From assembly GCA_963762145.1 (NCBI GenBank), contig CAVXJS010000014.1, forward strand, positions 160,001 to 224,000: DNA of 64,000 nt. The letters are read 5' to 3'. The translations under genes and the position numbers were made by a program. The notes under the pieces are model-generated. The model did not search any database and had not been told where the DNA came from. It saw only the letters and a program-made list of their open reading frames with translations. Shown piece by piece: positions 56,087-64,000 of the stretch. This DNA is from an uncultured Candidatus Rokubacteria bacterium (lineage in GTDB: Bacteria > Methylomirabilota > Methylomirabilia > Rokubacteriales > CSP1-6). Numbering within the stretch: the first letter of the stretch is position 1; each line of letters opens with the position of its first letter.

Positions 56087-56595
56087 ATGGACCTGACCGC
56101 CATGCGCCCGATGGACCTGGACCGCATCACCGAGCTGATCGCCGGCGCCACGAAGCCGGTCAACGTGCTCTGGCAGACCGACGACTCGATCGCCTTCGTG
56201 GCGCGCGGCCGCGAGGGCCGGAGCGAGTTCCACGTCGACCCGAGCGACGAGGTCATGTACATGATCCGGGGCGACATGAACCTGCACTACCGGACGCCCG
56301 ACGGCGCGGAGAAGGTCGCGGTGATCCGGGAGGGCGAGATCCTGCACTGCCCGGCCGGCACCCCGCACTCGCCGCGCTTCCCCACGGACGCCTACGTGCT
56401 GGTGCTGGAGCGCAAGCGGCGGGCGGGCGAGCAGGATCGCTTCCTCTGGTACTGCCCGGCGTGCGACGCCCCGCTCCACCAGGCGGTGCGGCAGGTGGGC
56501 GACTGGCGCGACGATCCGGTGTCCGAGGTCTACGCGGAGTTCTACGGCTCCGCCTCGCACCGCACGTGCCGCAAGTGCGGGCACGTGGCGCCGGG

Positions 56596-56620
<25 letters not shown>
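56087..56620 (+). CDS. 3-hydroxyanthranilate 3,4-dioxygenase-like
   Basis: RSEFHVDPSDE, PHSPR, WYCPAC and RTCRKCG rubredoxin-like site. Confidence 0.85.
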
Positions 56621-57720
<1,100 letters not shown>

Positions 57721-57745
57721 CGCGCCGCTCCAGCCCGATGTGACG

Positions 57746-59188
57746 CTACAGGGGGTTCTGCGTGGTCAGGGCCAACTGGCCCCGGGTGGGCTCCGCTCAG
57801 CAGAACCACGCCTCGGTGAGGCGCGGCGGGCGCTTCCGGTCCCTCGCCATGCCGCCGGCCACCGGCGCCGGCGCGGGCACGCCGGCCGCCTGCGCGGCCA
57901 TCGCGCGCACGCTGTCGAAGATGCGCGGGGCGTCGGCCTTCATCTCCGTCGCGCGCGCCACCAGGTCCGCCGTCTCCGCCTGCAGGCGGTCCATGCGCGG
58001 ATCGGGGTGCGTCCACTTGTAGGAAAGCGTGGCCTGCTCGAGCGGGCCCAGGTGCGGCCGCAGCGCCTCGGTCTCGAGCAGCAGCGAGCCCGGCGGCACC
58101 AGCAGGCGCAGGCCGTACTGCACCGGGTCCACGTGATCGATCAGGGCCTGCGCCTCGAGGAAGTCGAGCCAGGCGCGATGCTCGTCGAGCGTCGTCCACG
58201 GCGTGAAGGCCACCCACGTGGGCCGGAGCGTGATGCCGGCGTCGCGCGTGACCGCGAGCGCGGTCAGGATGTCGGCGCGCGTGTGGCCCTTCTCGAGATG
58301 CGCGAGCACGGTGTCGCTCAGCGATTCGGCGGCGGAGACGATGAAGAGGCAGCCGGCCTCGGCCAGCGCGGGCAGGTGCGCGCGGTGGCGCAGCAGGTGC
58401 TCGATCTTCGCGGTGACGTCGAACGTGACGTCGGGCCACTCGGCGTGGAGCTCGCGCGCCACCGCGAGCGCGTGCGTGGGCCCGTTGAGGAAGTCGGGAT
58501 CGCCGAAGGTGACGTGCCGGGCGCCCGCCTCGATCTGCTGGCGGATGTCGGCCAGCACGATCTGGCGCGGCACCGCGAAGAACCGCCCGCCGTAGACCGG
58601 CGGGATCGGGCAGTGGCGGCAGCGGTGCAGGCACCCGCGGCTCGACTCCGCGTAGGCGACCAGATCCATGCGGCCGTCGCGCTCGACGTGGGTATACGTC
58701 TTGATGGAGGGCAGGCCCGCGCGGCTCGGCACCGGGAAGTCGAGGCGCGTGAGATTGGGCGCCGCGGGCTGGCCCGGCCGCGCCACCGCGGGCAGCGGCC
58801 CCGCGTCGCCCCGCTCGAGCGCGTCCACCAGCGCGAGCAGCGGCGTCTCCGCCTCGCCGCCGATCACGCTGTCCGCCCCGTGGGCGAAGAGGTAGTCGGC
58901 GTTGAGGGTGGCGTAGAGGCCGAAGAAGCAGAGGTGCGCGCCCGGATTCGCGGTGCGAGCGTGCGCGGCCACCTCCACACCCAGGCGCAGCGCGGTGTGC
59001 ATCGGCACCGAGATGGCGATGACCCGGGCGCGCGCCAGCTTCTGCGCGTCCAGCGGCTCCACCGAGACGTCCATCAGGGCCGGCCGGTACCCGGCGCGCT
59101 CCAGGAAGGCGGCCGGCCAGGCCACCGCGAGGGGCTGATGGCCCATCTCGTAGCAGGCCACGAGGAGAATGTCGCCTGGCTCGCGCAT
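57746..59188 (-). CDS. B12-binding radical SAM selenoprotein with C-U-A-E-P tail
   Basis: CLHRCRHC motif; RLTEAWFC-TGA(57797-57799)-AEPTRGQLALTTQNPL-TAG; matches the CUAEP/CCAEP-tail family as recalled. Confidence 0.88.
57767..57784 (-). promoter_or_regulatory. bacterial SECIS-like hairpin
   Basis: CGGGGCC-AGTT-GGCCCTG starting +13 after UGA. Confidence 0.72.
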
Positions 59189-59198
59189 TGCGGCCAGT

Positions 59199-60392
59199 CT
59201 ACACCTCCGGATCGTCCGGAACCGGCACCGCGCCCGGAAGCGGCTGCGCCTCGAGGCGCCAGAAAACGGCGACGGCGGGCACGGTGAGCGCCATCAGCGC
59301 CGCCGCGAACAGCAGGGGCACGGCGGGATCGCCGGTGAGGTCGCGCAGCCAGCCGGCCAGGGTCTGCGCGACCGCCATGCCGAGGTAGAAGAGCCCGTAG
59401 AACACGCCGAACGCGGTGGCCAGGTGCTCGGCGGGCACCGCGCGGGGCAGGAGCGCCATCATGATGCTGGGCGGCAGGCCGAGCAGGATGCCGGTCACCA
59501 CCAATGACACCGCTGGCATCGGCGCGGAGGCGATGGCGGTCATCCCGATCGCGGCGGCCAGGCAGCCGGTGACGATCAGCAGCTTCGGCCGGTTCACGCG
59601 GTCCGCCACCAGGCCGCCCACCGGCACCGACACGATGCTGATCCAGAGCGCGGCGCCGGTGATCAGGCCCGCCTCGCCGACGGAAGAGCCGCGTGACATC
59701 AGGAAGCTCGGCGCGAAGCTCGCCACCACGATGATGCTCGCGTTGAGCAGCGCCCAGCCGACGCCCGCGCTGATCGCCAGAGTCCACACGCGCTGCGGCA
59801 CGTTGAGGCGCAGCCGCGCCGTATCGCCGGGCCCTTCGGGCGGATCCTCGTAGAGGATCACCATGGCCGCCAGCGCGAGGGCGGCAAACACCACGGTGGC
59901 GTACTCGGCCACCCGCCACGTGGCGAGCAGCGCGAGCGGCCCCAGCATCATCAGCGCGAGCGCCATGCCGAAGGGCCACGCGGCCAGCATGAGGCCCAGC
60001 GCGGTCTGCAGCTCGCGCCCGCGGAACCAGTCCGCCACCATGCGCGCCAGCATGATGTTGACCAGCACGCCGCCGGTGCCGGACAGCGTGCGGCCGAGCG
60101 CGCCGCTGCCGAACCCGACCGCGTAGGAGACGAGGATGCCGCCCGCGATCATCAGCCCGAGGCCGGCGAAGACGACGCGCCGGCTGCCGAAGCGCTGGCC
60201 GAGCAGCCCGCCCGGCAGCGCGAAGACCACGCCGGGCAGCATGAAGAGGCCCATCAGCAGCCCCACCTGCGCCCAGGAGATGTCGAACGCGGTAACCAGG
60301 AACGGGGTGAGAGCGGCGATGGACTGGAACTGGAAGCCGAGCGCCGTGCGGGTGAAGAAGATCACGAGCAGCATCGCCCAGCGCTCGCTCAT
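59199..60392 (-). CDS. MFS transporter
   Basis: about 12 hydrophobic helices, GLLGQRFGSRR motif A. Confidence 0.88.
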   Translation of the reverse strand: MSERWAMLLVIFFTRTALGFQFQSIAALTPFLVTAFDISWAQVGLLMGLFMLPGVVFALPGGLLGQRFGSRRVVFAGLGLMIAGGILVSYAVGFGSGALGRTLSGTGGVLVNIMLARMVADWFRGRELQTALGLMLAAWPFGMALALMMLGPLALLATWRVAEYATVVFAALALAAMVILYEDPPEGPGDTARLRLNVPQRVWTLAISAGVGWALLNASIIVVASFAPSFLMSRGSSVGEAGLITGAALWISIVSVPVGGLVADRVNRPKLLIVTGCLAAAIGMTAIASAPMPAVSLVVTGILLGLPPSIMMALLPRAVPAEHLATAFGVFYGLFYLGMAVAQTLAGWLRDLTGDPAVPLLFAAALMALTVPAVAVFWRLEAQPLPGAVPVPDDPEV

Positions 60393-60775
60393 GAGGCCCG
60401 CTCCGCGAAAGCCAGCGCGAACGTGCCGTGGCAGGCGGGGCAGTCGAGGCTTCGCCCCGCCTCGAAGCGGCCGCCGGCCTTGGACGTCTGCTCGGCGCCG
60501 CAGCGCGGGCAGGGACCGCGCACCTCCGCGAGCCGCCGGTCTTCCCGCGATCGCTTCACGGCCATGATGATGCCGGCGGTGACGAAGGTGGGCACCAGGA
60601 CGAAGTGCGCCACCGGGATGAAGAGGCCGCCCAGCGCCAGCGCCCAGAACATGCCGAGCCCGGTCAACACGCGGCCCACCCGCTCGCCGGTGGTCTGCTC
60701 GATCACCACCGCGGTGCCCGGGCGCGGCGCGAAGCCGAACGCGGTGAGCGAGACCGCCACCTGGACCTGGGTCAT
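60389..60775 (-). CDS. small membrane protein with zinc-ribbon motif
   Basis: two TM helices, then CPRC...CPAC. Confidence 0.7.
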   Translation of the reverse strand: MTQVQVAVSLTAFGFAPRPGTAVVIEQTTGERVGRVLTGLGMFWALALGGLFIPVAHFVLVPTFVTAGIIMAVKRSREDRRLAEVRGPCPRCGAEQTSKAGGRFEAGRSLDCPACHGTFALAFAERAS

Positions 60776-60791
60776 GGACGGGTCGGGAGGG

Positions 60792-61886
60792 TCAGGTCCG
60801 GTAGCTGATGCGATAGATGCGCCCTGCGCCCTGGTCGGAGAGGTAGAGCGCGCCGTCGCGCCCCACGATGAGGTCCACCGGCCGGCCCCACGACGAGGGG
60901 CCCTCGAGCCAGCCGGTGGCGAAGTCCTCCACGCCCGCGGGCTTGCCGTCGCGGAAGGGCACGCGCACGACCTTGTAGCCGGTGGGCACGGTGCGGTTCC
61001 ACGAGCCGCGATAGGCCACGAAGAGGCTGCCGCGGTAGTCGGCCGGAAACTGCGTGCCCGTATAGAAGGTGAGCCCGATGGGCGCCGAGTGCGCCTGGAT
61101 CTCCACGGTGGGCGGCGTCACGCGGTCGCAGCGCGCGCCCTTCTCGAAGGCATCGTCCGGGATGGCCTTGCCGCCCATCACCAGGCAGTCGGGCCAGCCG
61201 TAGAAGGCGCCGTCGCGCACCTCGGTGATCATCTCGGGCGGCACGTCGGCGCCGCGCCAGTCGCGCTCGTTCACGGTGGCCCAGAGCACGTCGGTGCCGG
61301 GTTGGAACGCCAGGCCCACCGCGTTGCGCAGGCCGGAGGCGAAGATGCGCTCGCCCGAGCCGTCGGCGTTGTAGCGCAGCACTGCGGCGCGGCGCTTGTC
61401 GCTCTCGCGGCACACGTTGCAGGAGGAGCCCACCGAGACGTACATGGCGCCGTCGGGCCCGAAGACCATGGTGCGGGTCCAGTGGTTGCCGCCCGGCGGT
61501 AGACCGGTCACGACAACGCTGGGCTGAGTCGCCTTCATCGTGGCCGGGTCATAGCGGAAGCGCTGCACGCGCGTGCTCTCCGCCACGTAGAGCGCGCCGT
61601 CCTTGAAGGCCAGGCCGTGCGGCTGGCCGAGCCCGTCCACCACGGTCTGGATCGCGTCGGCCTTGCCGTCTCCGTTCCGATCGGGCAGCGCCAGCACGCG
61701 CCCGCGCGCCGGCTCCGAGACCAGCAGCGTGCCCGCCGGGTCCAGCGCCATGAGGCGCGGGCTGCCCACCTTGGTCGCGAACACCTCGATGGCGAAGCCC
61801 GCGGGGACCTTGAGCGGCGGCTCGTTCTGCGCGCCGGCGATGGCCGGCCACGCCAGCAGCGCCAGCGCGGCCAGCAGGCGGCTCAC
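60792..61886 (-). CDS. glucose/sorbosone dehydrogenase-like beta-propeller (secreted)
   Basis: VSVGSSCNVC, GLRNAVG, YGWP, AHSAPIG, GSWNR, GRPVD. Confidence 0.9.
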   Translation of the reverse strand: MSRLLAALALLAWPAIAGAQNEPPLKVPAGFAIEVFATKVGSPRLMALDPAGTLLVSEPARGRVLALPDRNGDGKADAIQTVVDGLGQPHGLAFKDGALYVAESTRVQRFRYDPATMKATQPSVVVTGLPPGGNHWTRTMVFGPDGAMYVSVGSSCNVCRESDKRRAAVLRYNADGSGERIFASGLRNAVGLAFQPGTDVLWATVNERDWRGADVPPEMITEVRDGAFYGWPDCLVMGGKAIPDDAFEKGARCDRVTPPTVEIQAHSAPIGLTFYTGTQFPADYRGSLFVAYRGSWNRTVPTGYKVVRVPFRDGKPAGVEDFATGWLEGPSSWGRPVDLIVGRDGALYLSDQGAGRIYRISYRT

Positions 61887-62755
61887 TTGCGCCCGGCCCG
61901 GTACCACTCGTAGATCTCCTCGCCGGTGGTGAACCACACGCCGGGTTTCTTGCGCATGTAGTCGTAGACCGCCTCGAAGTACTTGATGCGGTGCGGGACG
62001 CCGGAAATATAAGGATGCACGGCCAGCGCCATGACTCGCGGATTCTTGGCCCCTTCGGCGTAGAGCCGGTCGAACTGGTCCTTCGCACGCTGCAGCCACT
62101 CGGCGGACGTATGGTGCTGGATCACCATCATCGGGATGTCGTTGAGCTCGAGCGTGTAGGGCACGGAGACGAGCGGCCCCGACTGCGTGCGGATCTCGTA
62201 GGGCTGATCGTCGTTGACCCAGTCGGAGACGTACTCGATGCCCTCGGCGGCCAGGTAGTCGAGCGTCTCCCACGTCTCGGTGAGGCCGGGCCCGAGCCAG
62301 CCCTTCGGCTTCTTGCCGGTGAACTTCTGCAGCAGCTCGATGGAGTGCCGGATCGCGGCGGGCTGATCGGGCAGGAGATGCATCGCTCCCTGGATCACCC
62401 CGTGAGCCATGAACTCCCAGCCCGCGTCCAGCATCGCGCGGGCCACCGGCTCGTAGGATTCCACCACGTGGGCGTTGATCGCGGTGGTGGCGCGGATCTT
62501 TCGCTTGGTGAGCGCGTCGAGCAGCCGCCAGAATCCCACCCGCATCCCGTAGTCGTGCCAGGCCCAGTTGGGGACGTCGGGCACGGTGGCCACGCCCTGG
62601 GGCGCGGTGAGGTACTGGCGCGCCATCGCCTTCTCGATGTCCCACTCCTCGATGTTGACGATGGTCCACACCGCGATGCGGGCGCCTTTCGGCAGGGACC
62701 AGGGCTTGCGGGCGGCGATAGGCGAGTAGTCGAAGCGGTCGCGGGGTAGCTTCAC
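61883..62755 (-). CDS. polysaccharide deacetylase family (PuuE-like)
   Basis: NIEEW, DYGMRVGFWR, GWLGPG, ND, HPYISG. Confidence 0.88.
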   Translation of the reverse strand: MKLPRDRFDYSPIAARKPWSLPKGARIAVWTIVNIEEWDIEKAMARQYLTAPQGVATVPDVPNWAWHDYGMRVGFWRLLDALTKRKIRATTAINAHVVESYEPVARAMLDAGWEFMAHGVIQGAMHLLPDQPAAIRHSIELLQKFTGKKPKGWLGPGLTETWETLDYLAAEGIEYVSDWVNDDQPYEIRTQSGPLVSVPYTLELNDIPMMVIQHHTSAEWLQRAKDQFDRLYAEGAKNPRVMALAVHPYISGVPHRIKYFEAVYDYMRKKPGVWFTTGEEIYEWYRAGRK

Positions 62756-62931
62756 CGAGCTCTCTCCCTCCCTCGCGGAGTGTACGGCAACCGCCCGGGC
62801 TCGGCCACCGCCGACGAGTGCCCTGCGCGCGGGGCACTGAACGCCGCGTCAGTGCACCGCGGGATGTGAAGTGGCGGCCGCTGCCCCGATCCAAACTCCC
62901 GTCGCGCTTGGCGATTGGACGGGGGAAGTCG

Positions 62932-62947
62932 TGGCACGCGTGCTGCT
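62932..62947 (+). promoter_or_regulatory. sigma54-like promoter
   Basis: TGGCACGCGTGCTGCT (GG-N10-GC). Confidence 0.55.
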
Positions 62948-62959
62948 CCGCCGGACGGC

Positions 62960-64000
62960 ATGCGGATCATCATCGGGTTGCTCCACGGAATCCTGTTCAC
63001 GATCTCGGCCGCCGGTCCGAGCGAAGCCGGCAGCGTGCGCCACGTCAACGGCACGGACGCCACCTGCGGGGGAGCCTCACCCTGCTATGGCACCATCCAG
63101 GCCGCCGTGAACGCCGCGCGCGCCGGCGACACGGTCCAGATCCAATCGGGCAGCTACGTGGAGCAGGTGAGTGTGATCGCGAAGAACGCGAGCGCCACGA
63201 ATCCGGCTAACCGGATCGTCATCCAGGCGGATCCAGCGGCGGTGGTCGGCAGCGTGGTCTTGCGCGGCGCGGTCAATCAGTGCGCAGGAGGACACGCCAT
63301 CCTGGTTCGGCAATCGCGCTTCGTCACCATCCGCGGGTTGACCATCACGGGCGCCGGCGGCGCGGCGATCGCATTGGCGGGCGCCGGCGATCGAAACCTC
63401 GCGGTGCATATCGAGCGCAATCGCATCGTGGGCAACGGCGGCACAGGGTGCGACGGCGGCATCACGATCGGCACGGGGAACGCCGCCACCCTCGTCGTCA
63501 ACAACCTCGTCCTCGCCAATGGCCGCAACGGCATCTCGGCGCTCGAAGGGGAGGGTGGGCCACACACTCTCGTGCAGAACACGATCCACGGCAATGGCTG
63601 GAACGGGGTCAGCGCGACGCGGGCGCACGTGCTCCTGCTCGTCAACAACGCCATCACCGGCAACGGGACTCACGCGGGCTCCACCGGCGGTCGGGTTGGC
63701 GTGAGACGGGAGACCGCGCCGACGCCCCTCGCGATCGTCCTCCGCAACAACCTGATCTGCGGCAACCGGCTCGGCGAGATCGCCGGGCCGGTTCTCGACA
63801 GCGCCGACGGCGTGAATCTCACGCCGGCCGGGACCGAGGGGCCGGGCGTGACGGCGAGCCCCGGATGCGACAATCCCGCGCTCGTCTATCGAGACCTGGC
63901 CGGCGCCGACCATGCCTCGGGCTCGCTCGACGACGATCCAACCCCGGCGGCGGCGTCTCCGCTGATCGATCGCGGCCTCGACCCGCGCACCGTGCTCACG
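62960..64000 (+). CDS. secreted right-handed beta-helix protein (runs off the window; absent from the ORF track)
   Basis: open frame from ATG62960 to window end; signal peptide; TIQAAVNAARAGDTV; repeated NNLV/QNTI/NNAI/GN beta-helix rungs; SPLIDRG. Confidence 0.85.
   Translation, partial: MRIIIGLLHGILFTISAAGPSEAGSVRHVNGTDATCGGASPCYGTIQAAVNAARAGDTVQIQSGSYVEQVSVIAKNASATNPANRIVIQADPAAVVGSVVLRGAVNQCAGGHAILVRQSRFVTIRGLTITGAGGAAIALAGAGDRNLAVHIERNRIVGNGGTGCDGGITIGTGNAATLVVNNLVLANGRNGISALEGEGGPHTLVQNTIHGNGWNGVSATRAHVLLLVNNAITGNGTHAGSTGGRVGVRRETAPTPLAIVLRNNLICGNRLGEIAGPVLDSADGVNLTPAGTEGPGVTASPGCDNPALVYRDLAGADHASGSLDDDPTPAAASPLIDRGLDPRTVLT

Overview
High-GC bacterial chromosome segment with about 65 protein-coding genes. 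The expanded ABC substrate-binding family gene and the overall gene content suggest a Rokubacteria/Methylomirabilota-like organism, but that is inference. No rRNA, tRNA, CRISPR array or transposase was recognised. Housekeeping genes include lhr, tmk-holB-PSP1-metG-tatD, hisC, glnD, slt, msrPQ and an Nfu-type gene, interspersed with catabolic operons. The main hidden signal is four genes that the ORF track splits or truncates at an in-frame TGA. In three of them (a TlpA-like UxxC protein, a secreted Cys-free peroxiredoxin and a BCP) the TGA replaces the catalytic Cys. In the fourth it forms the C-U-A-E-P tail of a radical SAM enzyme. Each TGA is followed at +10 to +13 nt by a 7-8 bp hairpin with a GUU-containing loop, indicating four selenoproteins with a shared SECIS form. 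Two of them form a translationally coupled pair that both carry signal peptides. Other signals are many apparently leaderless genes, two families of short palindromic repeats (some inside coding sequence), two sigma54-like promoters, a structured leader before an orphan gene, and clusters of 1-bp frameshifts that look like sequencing errors.
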